This document shows positions 18,565 through 27,829 of a stretch of DNA of 64,000 bases, one piece after another. The notes below the pieces were generated by a model. That model searched no databases. It had not been told where the DNA came from and saw only the letters and a program-made list of their open reading frames with translations. The position numbers and the translations under genes are program-made. Each line of letters begins with the position of its first letter. Within the stretch, counting starts at the first letter, position 1. Origin of the DNA: an uncultured Methanoregulaceae archaeon (GTDB lineage: Archaea; Halobacteriota; Methanomicrobia; Methanomicrobiales; Methanospirillaceae); contig CAVTTL010000001.1 of assembly GCA_963737635.1 (NCBI GenBank), positions 800,001-864,000 on the forward strand, given 5' to 3'.

Positions 18565-20586
18565 ATGAAAATGAGAATCCCCCGCGTCAGGAAGCAGATT
18601 CGTATCCCACTTGTCATAGGAGCGATCCTCATCCTGCTCGCACTCGGGATGTATTTTCACATTCTGCCAAGTATCGGTAGTCTGGCGCATCTTTTCGAAC
18701 CCAAAATTGCCGTAAATCCGGTCCGATCGCTGTCGGATGAAGATGCCTCACTCAGCCCAGCTCTTGCGAAACCCCTTATCGCTGACATTCTCGCCTCACC
18801 CACATACCAGTCCAATCCGCTTTCCGTACAATTCTTCGATATGAGCCAAGGCAACCCGGATACCTGGCAGTGGGATTTCGGGGATAATACAAGCTCGACC
18901 CTCCAAAACCCGGTTCATACGTACACCAGCGCCGGGATCTATAATGCCACGCTGACCATTTCCCGGGCAGATGGCGCCCAGAGGACGATAAGCGCAAACG
19001 ATGTACTGGATACCCGGCAGGGCGCCGAAATTCCCGTGCTGATCGATACCCTCCGGGACGGAATCATAAAGAAAGGTTCATTTTTATCCCTTGTATCAAC
19101 AGACAATAACTCATCTGTTACCGTGAATGGTAAACAAACTCCGCTGCCTGCAGGATCGCTTGTAAAGATCCGGGCCGACTCGGACACCACCGGGACCCTG
19201 ACCCTTCGCAACAGCAACATCCTGAGCTGCAGTCTTGCTGATGCCACGCTTTTTGTGAACGGAGCCCAGGCAGCTACTGGCAGTTTCGGGAATTGTTTCA
19301 TTCCATCAATCCAGAGTTACCATACAAACCTGAGCTTCGCAATCGAACCAACAATCGGGGAAGTCCGCCAGATCCTTGTCAACGGCAGCAAAATCCTTGC
19401 CGGGCCGGACAACTCGTACATCGTCGTCTCTGATGATTCACAAAATCCCAGAGACGACCTGACCGCTGTTGCGCTTCCCGGATATTATGAAGGAAGTGCA
19501 TCCCGGTACTCCATTTCACCTGCCTTGATTGCCGGTTTCGACGCCACAACCCCCACCGAAGGTGATGCCCCGCTTAACGTATCATTTATAGACCGCTCAG
19601 CCGGCGCTCCGGATTCATGGTCATGGGATTTCGGTGACGGAATCACTTCCCAGAAACAGAATCCTGTTCACCTCTATGGATCCCCAGGCACCTATGATGT
19701 CACCCTGACTGTGAAAACCGCGGACCAGGTTGACACGGCCACCCTCCAGGACCCGATCATCGTCACACCGCCCCGGGTCGTTGCTAACTTTTCAGCACGA
19801 CCAATCACAGGTAGAGCGCCTCTGACCGTCAGGTTTACCGATCAATCCACCGGATTCCCGACATCATGGAACTGGACCTTCCAGGAAACGTCAAACAACC
19901 AGTCCTTCATGAACAATGGCACCACCGTTTATGACACTACAACTGACCAGAATCCTCTAGAAACCTTCACTGATCCTGGCATCTATGATGTCTGGCTTAC
20001 GGTCAACAACATCTATGGCAGCAGCGATTTGATCAAGCCCGGGTACATCGTCGTCACCGAGCCTTACAACATTACCATCAACGATATTCTGATCAGGACC
20101 GGAAAACCCGGGGATCTCGAAGCGAATTCAAGCGTACAATTTATCGTCAGTAATACACCTGCAGCCATAACGATCAATGGCACGTACTATCAGCTGCCCA
20201 AAGGCGCAATCGTCCAGATCGTGGCAAACAGCGACCAGCAGGGCGACATTACTATCGACAGCAACAGGATCCTCAAATTTGATTTCCCGGATATGAATGT
20301 CTACGTGAACGGCGATCTGCTGGATACCGGCAGTATCGATAGCATCTATGTTCCCTATATGGCGCAGTTCCAGACTGGCCTTACTTATTACTTCTCGCCA
20401 AATTCCGCCCAGACATTCGAGACCATTAATGGTCAGCAGTACCTCGCTGATCTGGACAATGCCTGGATCAGGATCTACAACCTCGGCATCAACGAACAGG
20501 GCACGCTCTCCCTGATCTCGGGGGTAAACTCAACCTACCTCGAAGGAGCAGACAACCAGACGGTCCAGGACTGGATCCTCCAGTGA
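18565..20586 (+). CDS. membrane-anchored PKD-domain surface protein with two copies of an unknown beta domain
   Basis: N-terminal TM; three PKD repeats ('WQWDFGD..S..QNPVHTY', 'WSWDFGDG', 'WNWTF..QNP'). Confidence 0.88.
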   Translation: MKMRIPRVRKQIRIPLVIGAILILLALGMYFHILPSIGSLAHLFEPKIAVNPVRSLSDEDASLSPALAKPLIADILASPTYQSNPLSVQFFDMSQGNPDTWQWDFGDNTSSTLQNPVHTYTSAGIYNATLTISRADGAQRTISANDVLDTRQGAEIPVLIDTLRDGIIKKGSFLSLVSTDNNSSVTVNGKQTPLPAGSLVKIRADSDTTGTLTLRNSNILSCSLADATLFVNGAQAATGSFGNCFIPSIQSYHTNLSFAIEPTIGEVRQILVNGSKILAGPDNSYIVVSDDSQNPRDDLTAVALPGYYEGSASRYSISPALIAGFDATTPTEGDAPLNVSFIDRSAGAPDSWSWDFGDGITSQKQNPVHLYGSPGTYDVTLTVKTADQVDTATLQDPIIVTPPRVVANFSARPITGRAPLTVRFTDQSTGFPTSWNWTFQETSNNQSFMNNGTTVYDTTTDQNPLETFTDPGIYDVWLTVNNIYGSSDLIKPGYIVVTEPYNITINDILIRTGKPGDLEANSSVQFIVSNTPAAITINGTYYQLPKGAIVQIVANSDQQGDITIDSNRILKFDFPDMNVYVNGDLLDTGSIDSIYVPYMAQFQTGLTYYFSPNSAQTFETINGQQYLADLDNAWIRIYNLGINEQGTLSLISGVNSTYLEGADNQTVQDWILQ

Positions 20587-20648
20587 TGGAATATTTCCCT
20601 ATTATGTAAAAAGGTTGTAAAAGCATAAATTGAAACGACAGGCCTCGT

Positions 20649-20753
20649 TGAGAGCCGTACGTGACTGCCGGACCTTCCTGAAATAGCAAAACCAAATGTA
20701 TTGCAGAGAACCCTGATTACATCATCATCGGAAACCGGCTTATGATGTGGCAA
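20649..20753 (-). pseudogene. hicA: truncated HicA toxin remnant
   Basis: TTG-initiated 'PHHKPVSDDDVIRVLCNTFGFAISGRSGSHVRLS' has the GF....GSH HicA motif, then similarity is lost. Confidence 0.65.
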
Positions 20754-20951
20754 CCGATGACACCTCAAAGGTGGTCAGGATTGCATGTTTCTTTTTTGTC
20801 TGGGGAACTCTTCCAGGTACAGCTCGGTCGCTTCTTGGAGGTTATTGACCGCTTCTTCCACGGTTTTTCCCTGACTGGCCGGACCTACCTCGGGGCATTC
20901 TGCCACATAGATATCATCTTCTTTGTGGAGTACGGCAGTAAAAACCGACAT
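20740..20951 (-). CDS. hicB: HicB-family antitoxin (not in the ORF track; stops at 20775 as read, C-terminus in another frame)
   Basis: MSVFTAVLHKEDDIYVAECPEVGPASQGKTVEEAVNNLQEATELYLEEF, a classic HicB-like N-terminal domain; overlaps the hicA start. Confidence 0.8.
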
Positions 20952-21032
20952 AATTTCACGCCTGTTTCATTGGGTTGTCTTATCCTAAAATCTTTATTGA
21001 GGTAGGAACACTTCAGGAAACCTCCACCAGTG

Positions 21033-21116
21033 CTGTTGCGTTAACGGGACTTAACGAAAATGATATCGCCGTAATCCATCAATGTTGACTATTTAAAAGT
21101 CCCGACAACGCAACAG
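21033..21116. repeat. 84-bp element bounded by 20-bp inverted repeats (MITE-like or IS scar)
   Basis: CTGTTGCGTTAACGGGACTT (21033-21052) versus the reverse complement of AAGTCCCGACAACGCAACAG (21097-21116): 18/20 match. Confidence 0.65.
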
Positions 21117-21209
21117 AGATGCTAAACATGCTTTTTATACTCTGATGGCTATCCGGCAGACACATTTTCGATCCGGGTTAGTGCTGCATCCAACTGATTT
21201 TTCAGAGCG

Positions 21210-21845
21210 TCACTGTCGCTGTTGCAGGAGGCTCGCCGTTGCCGTGATATTGGAAAGCGCTGCATCGCCGTCATCAAGAGATGACAATGCCTGGGTCTTT
21301 GCGTCCATTGCTGCCGCACGCAGGGAGTCGTCCCGGTAATCGGGATCGGGCTCGGATAGATACTCGCTCAGATCCCGGTTATAATCCACGAAGTGCTGCT
21401 GGGCGTTCCCCATATCTATGGAATAGATTTTCATTTCCTGGGTGAGCAGGCCGATGAGCCCCGGGGTCTCCTGATCCGTCCCGAATGAAAGGGCCGAAGT
21501 ACCCGACGAAAACGAATCCGTCGCGGATCCCAGTGCCGTACCGGCGCTGCCCCACTGGCTGATGGCCTGCCCATCGGCAGCCACATCCCCCTGTAGCGTC
21601 CCGGCATCGGAAGAAGCCCCGGCGGTATCGATATTATAGGCAGAAAGGGTGTTCCCTATCTGGGTAAGTGAAGTGCGTACCTGGCTTGCATAGGTACCCT
21701 GCTGATCGGCCCATGCATTATAATCCTGAATGACGACCGTCGTATTGTGGGTATCACCCATCCGTGGGGTGGTGCAACCGGCAACAAGAAGGAAACACCC
21801 AGCCATAAAGAGGAGAATGAAAAATACCGCGGATCGTTCCATCAT
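21210..21845 (-). CDS. helical lipoprotein, hypothetical
   Basis: Lipobox 'LLVAGC'; Ala/Asp/Gln-rich helical body. Confidence 0.75.
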   Translation of the reverse strand: MMERSAVFFILLFMAGCFLLVAGCTTPRMGDTHNTTVVIQDYNAWADQQGTYASQVRTSLTQIGNTLSAYNIDTAGASSDAGTLQGDVAADGQAISQWGSAGTALGSATDSFSSGTSALSFGTDQETPGLIGLLTQEMKIYSIDMGNAQQHFVDYNRDLSEYLSEPDPDYRDDSLRAAAMDAKTQALSSLDDGDAALSNITATASLLQQRQ

Positions 21846-21984
21846 TACTAACTATAGGGACGGTTTTTTCTTCAATCTTTCGTCTGCTTTTGGGGCACTG
21901 TCCCGGGATCTTTTAGGGATTGCCCCATAAATACCGGACGTCAATAGTAGAATGATTTAAGACTATAGTGAATGTAATAAAAAT

Positions 21985-23296
21985 ATGTATAAACTGGGCG
22001 CTCTAGCATGTCTCTTCGTCGCGGTACTCGTTGGGGCATGCGGGTGCTCCGGCACAAGTCCCGGAGCAAACCAGACACCCGGATCCACCCCTACGCTCCC
22101 GGCAAACTATGTCGCCGGGGAAAGTACACCCTCTCTGTCAAGTGCTACGATAGCACCTACACCAACGCCTCCGAATGCGACAGCAAATATCTACGGGGCA
22201 CAGGTCAATACGACGCTGACGGAAGTGACGATCGCCTGCACGGGGCAATCATGTACCTATGGCATAGCTTCCAATACGACGCCAACTACCATTATGCCCC
22301 CCCTAACCGCTATTGCAGCAAATATATCCATGATATATACCAGGCAAAATCCGCTGCTGGTTGGCGTCCAGTTCACCGATAGTTCGGTAAACACCCCCCC
22401 ATACTCATGGATGTGGAGCTGGAAGCCAAGCGCGAACCTGAGTTCCGAGAGCGATCCCAGTATCGTCCTTGTGTTCAGCCAGTACGGGACATATCAGGTT
22501 ACCCGTACTGTTTCAAACACACTGGGGACTTCAAGTTCTTCAACAGATATCTCGGTCTGCCCGCTTGTAGCATCGTTTACCACGAACCAAACGAGCGGCC
22601 CAGTACCCCTCACCGTCAGGTTTGCCGATACATCGACCGATCAACCTGTCTCCTGGTCATGGAACTTTGGTGACGGGAGGTACGTCCACGCTCCAGAACC
22701 CGGTGCACACCTACACGACTTCAGGGACGTATACCGTGAGGCTGGATGCAACAAATTCCCTCGGCTCCTGCTGGAACACCACCGGGATCTCGGTCTCCTC
22801 ACTCTCTGCATCGTTTAGCGCAAACCAGACGAGCGGTTTGGCGCCCCTTGCCGTCCAGTTTACTGACTCTTCGACCGACCAGCCTACTAAGTGGTCCTGG
22901 GACTTCGGCGACGGGAGTATATCCAGTCTCCAGAACCCGGCACATACCTACACATCAGCAGGAGTGTATACGGTAAATCTTAAAGCCACCAACGGGTTTG
23001 ATGGGTGGATAAGTGCCACGCCCGATACGATCACGGCCTATTCCCTTCCCACCGTGGACTTTAAGGCAAGCCCATTAACGGGGCCGTCGGGAACATCGGT
23101 ACTCTTTAATGACCAGAGCACCGGATTTCCTGCACCCACGTCATTTTACTGGGACTTTGGAGATGGTTTCACCAGTACCTACCAGAATCCATCGCACCAG
23201 TATGCCAGTTCCGGCGCGTATACAATCAGTCATTCCGCAACAAATTCGCAAGGGACCGTGTGGTTGAACAGAACAGGGTATATCTCCATATCATGA
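21985..23296 (+). CDS. PKD-repeat lipoprotein (about 4 PKD domains), frameshift near 22675
   Basis: 'LVGACGC' lipobox, Thr/Pro linker, repeated 'W.WDFGDG..S.LQNP.HTY...G.YTV'; its TGA overlaps the ATG of the ATPase (ATGA 23293-23296). Confidence 0.85.
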
Positions 23297-25428
23297 CTTC
23301 CAGACCATTAACCGGCAGGATTTCATCTCTTTTCGGCACTAAAGAGCCTGACGGGACTGATACCGCTACAGAGCAATCTCCATTGGTCCTGACCGAAGAA
23401 GAACCCGTATCCGGGGAGTACGAGGTCAAAAAATCCGCGATATCACACTATCCTGACGGCAGGCACCGGGTTTCGCGCGTCCAGAAATTCATCCTGTACT
23501 TTATTGAGCCGGAACTGGAACCGCAAACCGGCGCCAAACCGCCAGTGCCTGCCACCGAACGTACACAGAAAACTCCTGCACCTCCGATAAAAGACCGGAT
23601 CCGGTTACAGCTGGCGTCCTTGCGATCGTCTCTCCTGAAAATAACCCTGTTTTTTGTCGAACCCGGATATGATAACGTGGAGATCCTCACGTTACCTGCG
23701 CCGCTAAAAGAGACCCTTAAAACTCACCTCCTCAAGCCGGAACCTACAGATAATACAATCCAGGCAGTAGTTGTACCGTCTGCACCCCCTTCTTTTGTGC
23801 AGAAGATCCGATCGGTGTTTGCATCACCGGAACAGAAGGATATCCAGACGCTCGATTTTGATCCCGGTGTTTTAGCTGATCCTTCCCTCGAGGGATCGCT
23901 GCGGGATGTCAATATCACGTACCAGATCGATCCTCCCTACCAGTACGTCCATATCGAGTACAGCAAAAAAGACGGGGCCCTTACCTATGAGGTGGTAGAA
24001 CCACAACTCTCCGAAGATGAGAAAATCGCTCTTGATATTATCGAGCGGGCTTTTGAGAAACTGGTGAGTACCAATCTTGAGGTTATCGAGGGAGAACGGC
24101 GGAGTGAATATCTCCGGGAACGGTTTTACTCCCTGGTCAATATATTCGGGCTCAAACTGACGGAATACCAGAAAGAGCGGATGTTTTTCACGCTCAAACG
24201 ACAGTATCTGGGGTACAGCCGGATCGATACCCTGATGAAGGACAAATATATCGAAGATATCAGCTGCAACGGATCCGACATCCTCCTGTACGTCCAGCAT
24301 CGTATCTACGGGTCGATCCGGACCAATGTGAGGTTCGGTGAAGTCGAACTCAACAACTTTGTCCTGAAACTTGCGCAGGTCGGCGGCAGGCATATCTCAC
24401 TGCTCCAGCCTATCCGCGATGTCTCGCTCCCGGACGGGAGCCGTGGAAACCTTACGCTGGGCGGCGAGGTCACCAGAAAAGGTTCGACGTTTACCATCCG
24501 TAAATTCCGAGCCAACCCAATCTCACCCATCGAGATGATGGATTACCATTCGGTCGATGCAATGGAGCTCGCGTACCTGTGGATCCTGATGGAATACAAG
24601 CGGTCAATCCTTGTCTCCGGGGGAACAGCGACCGGTAAGACTACGTTCCTCAACGTCCTCTGCAGTTTCATCCCTCCGGAGTACAAGATTGTCTCCATCG
24701 AAGACACCGCAGAACTTAACCTGATGCATCCCAACTGGATCCAGTCCATCACCCGGGCAGGATTTGGCAGCTCCAGTGGGGGAGAGAATGTATCCGGGGT
24801 GAGCGGCGTGTCCTCGAAAAGCCCGGGGGATATATCGCTCTACGATCTGCTTGTCGCAGCGCTGCGACAGCGACCTGAGTTCATCATCGTGGGTGAAGTG
24901 CGGGGCAGTGAAGCGTTTACCCTCTTCCAGGCAATTGCCGTCGGGCACGCAGCCCTTGGCACCATCCACGCCGGCTCCATGGACGAACTTCTTGCCCGTG
25001 TAGAGTCAAACCCCATGAACGTTCCCAGAAGCCTCTTTTCCAACCTCGATGTGGTACTCTTCCCTATGCATATCAAGAAAGGCGAGCGCAGCATGCGCCG
25101 GCTGGCAAATATCGTCGAAATGCTGGAGTCTGACCGGGACACGGGGGACCTTATCACCAATACCGTCTTCAAATGGGCCCCTGACATCGATGAGTTCCAG
25201 TTCCAGGGCCGCAGCTTCCTTTTTGACAAGATCCGGGACACCCACGGGGTAAATAAGGATATTCTCAACCAGGAACTCAAGGACCGGACGGCATTCCTTC
25301 TCGGCCTGCAGAGGGCAGGCGTACGGGAATACAACGCGGTGACCGAACAGATCCGGGCGTATTACCGGGACAAACCGGCGGTCATGAAGCAGATCCTTGC
25401 GGTTCAGGCAGAAGGACTAGAAGCGTAA
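23293..25428 (+). CDS. type II/IV secretion ATPase (PilB/TadA/ArlI-like) with long N-terminal extension
   Basis: 'IEDISCNG', 'STFTIRKF', Walker A 'SGGTATGKTT', 'VSIEDTAEL', 'ALRQRPEFIIVGEVRG', His box 'GHAALGTIHA'. Confidence 0.93.
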   Translation: MTSRPLTGRISSLFGTKEPDGTDTATEQSPLVLTEEEPVSGEYEVKKSAISHYPDGRHRVSRVQKFILYFIEPELEPQTGAKPPVPATERTQKTPAPPIKDRIRLQLASLRSSLLKITLFFVEPGYDNVEILTLPAPLKETLKTHLLKPEPTDNTIQAVVVPSAPPSFVQKIRSVFASPEQKDIQTLDFDPGVLADPSLEGSLRDVNITYQIDPPYQYVHIEYSKKDGALTYEVVEPQLSEDEKIALDIIERAFEKLVSTNLEVIEGERRSEYLRERFYSLVNIFGLKLTEYQKERMFFTLKRQYLGYSRIDTLMKDKYIEDISCNGSDILLYVQHRIYGSIRTNVRFGEVELNNFVLKLAQVGGRHISLLQPIRDVSLPDGSRGNLTLGGEVTRKGSTFTIRKFRANPISPIEMMDYHSVDAMELAYLWILMEYKRSILVSGGTATGKTTFLNVLCSFIPPEYKIVSIEDTAELNLMHPNWIQSITRAGFGSSSGGENVSGVSGVSSKSPGDISLYDLLVAALRQRPEFIIVGEVRGSEAFTLFQAIAVGHAALGTIHAGSMDELLARVESNPMNVPRSLFSNLDVVLFPMHIKKGERSMRRLANIVEMLESDRDTGDLITNTVFKWAPDIDEFQFQGRSFLFDKIRDTHGVNKDILNQELKDRTAFLLGLQRAGVREYNAVTEQIRAYYRDKPAVMKQILAVQAEGLEA

Positions 25429-25501
25429 CGGGAAGTTCTTTCCAATCGTCTCTGAGATCACCTGTGCCAGCTCAGTCACGATTTCGGGGCAAATCAGGAG
25501 G

Positions 25502-26725
25502 TTATCTGCAGATATTGTTTGCAAAAGACCTGCTTCTCGTGAGTTGCCCGGAACTTATGGTTGCCGTCCCGTTACCACAGATCAGATAGGTAACATTTCC
25601 AAAGGCATCCGTTTGGCCATTGGAATTTGAAGGAACCAGTGTCCATGTGAAAGGTAAGTTATCTGCGTATTGATTGATGCTATAGGATACTGGTTGATCC
25701 GTTAGGGGAGTATTGCTTATGGCAGTTATGGTCACATTTAATTGATTGCCGGTCTGGTTCCAATCCAGATTAATGGACGATGGCGGGACAAACTGTTGAT
25801 CTTTTGGGATGAGTTGATAAGGAGAGGTTGCAACCATCCCATTGCTGTCGGTTACCGTCAAGTTGGCACAGAAGGGCCCACTTATAAATGGGGAGAAATG
25901 AGCTATTTCATTGCTGAAATAGGGAGGAACACTTACCGTACTTAGATCATTGACATCCGAACAGTTCCCGATTGGATCAATCTGACCGTTTGTCATAGTG
26001 TAGGTAGCATTCATGAGTGTCCATTTCCAGCTGACAATGGTCGCATTTCCTGATGAGGACTGTGACCCGTCCAGCACTATATTATCCCGCGGAACTGAGC
26101 CAAGCGTTGTTGTTTCAGTGTTATAGACAATCACAGGGGTCGGTAATTTGTAGGTCTGCTCAAAAATGTTCGTGAGCGAAGTTAAGACCTTGATATCAAT
26201 CTGGTCGCCGGTTCCAATAGGAGGTGCCGCGGGGGTCAGATCGATCGTGATTTTTGTACTTTTCCCTGCCGGAATTGCAAATTGTGACGAATTGACATAA
26301 GAACCAAGTGATGAGGAAGAATTACACCATCCTCCAGGTGATCCCAAGGCACTGCAATTCCCTGAAGAATAGGAGCCCGATAACGAAGAAAATGAAAAAG
26401 GAAGCAGATACTGGTTATTAATGGCGATGCCTACGATATTGGTATCCTGAGTGTTGAGATTCATCAGATCGAACGAGATGGAACTCCAGTTTTGTGGCGG
26501 GACGCCTATCTGGTTCCAGTAACTTTCATTATTGGTCAGACTCACCCCGGAGATCACAATATCCTCGTCATGGACTGCCTGCATCTGTGATTGCCGGGTC
26601 ATCTCGGCTTTCTGCATCTGCGAAACCATGAGCGCAAGAGCGGCTGCGGCGGTCACAGTTATCAGGATGAGAAGAAGGGTTCCGATAATAACAGAAACAC
26701 CCTTATCGTCACGCGGCCGGGTCAT
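25502..26725 (-). CDS. large archaeal type IV pilin-like protein with PKD/Ig-like domains
   Basis: Class III signal 'RDDKG|VSVIIGTLLLILITVTAAAALALMV'; PKD-like 'IVLDGSQS...SWKW...LTVTDSNG'; Ig-like C-terminus 'TDAFGNVTY'. Confidence 0.88.
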   Translation of the reverse strand: MTRPRDDKGVSVIIGTLLLILITVTAAAALALMVSQMQKAEMTRQSQMQAVHDEDIVISGVSLTNNESYWNQIGVPPQNWSSISFDLMNLNTQDTNIVGIAINNQYLLPFSFSSLSGSYSSGNCSALGSPGGWCNSSSSLGSYVNSSQFAIPAGKSTKITIDLTPAAPPIGTGDQIDIKVLTSLTNIFEQTYKLPTPVIVYNTETTTLGSVPRDNIVLDGSQSSSGNATIVSWKWTLMNATYTMTNGQIDPIGNCSDVNDLSTVSVPPYFSNEIAHFSPFISGPFCANLTVTDSNGMVATSPYQLIPKDQQFVPPSSINLDWNQTGNQLNVTITAISNTPLTDQPVSYSINQYADNLPFTWTLVPSNSNGQTDAFGNVTYLICGNGTATISSGQLTRSRSFANNICR

Positions 26726-27010
26726 AGGAATATCATCACGATATGCGTCATACCGGGATAAATTACTTGCCTATTTATTATATATATATACATATCATCC
26801 ATTACGATCTCTATATTTATTTCATTTTCCTGCTTCCACCACCTCCGTCGGAAAAGTGCAAAAATCGGCAAATATGACCCCCGATTGAGATTAAATCCGA
26901 AATTATTGCTTGTTTTTTTAGTTACGTTAATAAAAAATATTAAATATTACCTGTATATAATATAATATACAGTTGGACATCCTGTACATGTATCCCGGGG
27001 AAAAACGACC

Positions 27011-27214
27011 ATGGTCCGGATCAAAAAGAACAAGCCGAAGATCTCTGCCGACGTGAAGGCTTTTCGTACGGTACGGCGCTTAAATATAAACCGGACTTAT
27101 ACGCCCCTGAAGATCGGTGTCGTGGCCGGGTACATCCTGCTCGGGATGATTTCGGCATCCTCCTCTATGTTCGGGATCATCGTGGGTACGCTGGCCCGGT
27201 TGGCCGGCTTTTAA
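27011..27214 (+). CDS. small basic membrane protein (67 aa)
   Basis: Basic N-terminus and hydrophobic C-terminus; AT-rich promoter-like upstream region and T-tract downstream. Confidence 0.45.
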   Translation: MVRIKKNKPKISADVKAFRTVRRLNINRTYTPLKIGVVAGYILLGMISASSSMFGIIVGTLARLAGF

Positions 27215-27312
27215 CGAAAGCCTCTTTTTTGCCAGTATTCTACGTTTTTGGCACAATGCCCGCGACGGATCTACTTGTAGGTACCCACTCTGGGACCCAC
27301 GGAAAAAGGGCG

Positions 27313-27732
27313 CTACCCGGTAACCACGACGGAGCCCTGCATCTCCGGGTAGATACTGCTGGAGTAGTTGTAGACACCGGGATTGGTAAATTTCACGGCG
27401 CAGGACTGGCTGGGTGATAGTATATACGTACTGATCTTCGTGCTTGGGGAAAACATGACCGAATTCGTAACTGTACCCTCGTTGACCCAGCGCACGATCG
27501 AACCGGCGCTCACCGTGATTTGTGCCGGGACAAATGACATCTTCTCGATCAAAATCGTGTTGGCGTTGACTGGTGCCTCGGTGGTTGCCGAGGGTGTGGG
27601 GACGATAGTAACAACGAGCGCCAGTGTCGGGGTTGCCGCCGCAGGCTGCTCCTGCAGCTGCGGGGGTTGGGTGCAGCCTGCCACGAGCAGGAGGGCAATG
27701 ACTGCGGTGCAAAGAAAAAGCAGGTGTTTCAT
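27313..27732 (-). CDS. cupredoxin-fold (amicyanin/plastocyanin-like) lipoprotein lacking most copper ligands
   Basis: 'LLVAGC' lipobox; 'FVPAQITVSAGSIVRWVN', 'FTNPGVYNY...PEMQGSVVV'. Confidence 0.82.
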   Translation of the reverse strand: MKHLLFLCTAVIALLLVAGCTQPPQLQEQPAAATPTLALVVTIVPTPSATTEAPVNANTILIEKMSFVPAQITVSAGSIVRWVNEGTVTNSVMFSPSTKISTYILSPSQSCAVKFTNPGVYNYSSSIYPEMQGSVVVTG

Positions 27733-27829
27733 GAAAGTCTCTTATCGCTTGTAGGTCTCATGATAATTTGCAATTATGAATCCTTAAAGCTGATCCGGGA
27801 TGAGGGTACGCACCGTCAAGGATGAGAGG

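Noticed and set aside
23293-25428. Archaellum (ArlI/ArlJ) or conjugative VirB11 interpretation of the ATPase
   Set aside because: No archaellins, arlF/G, VirB4 or relaxase are present; the split TadC pair and PilA-type signals fit a non-archaellum T4P
460-27000. Recurrent CTATA/TATAG words in intergenic regions as a possible PHO-box regulon
   Set aside because: Indistinguishable by eye from TATA boxes and AT-rich background; only the perfect palindrome at 13331 was kept
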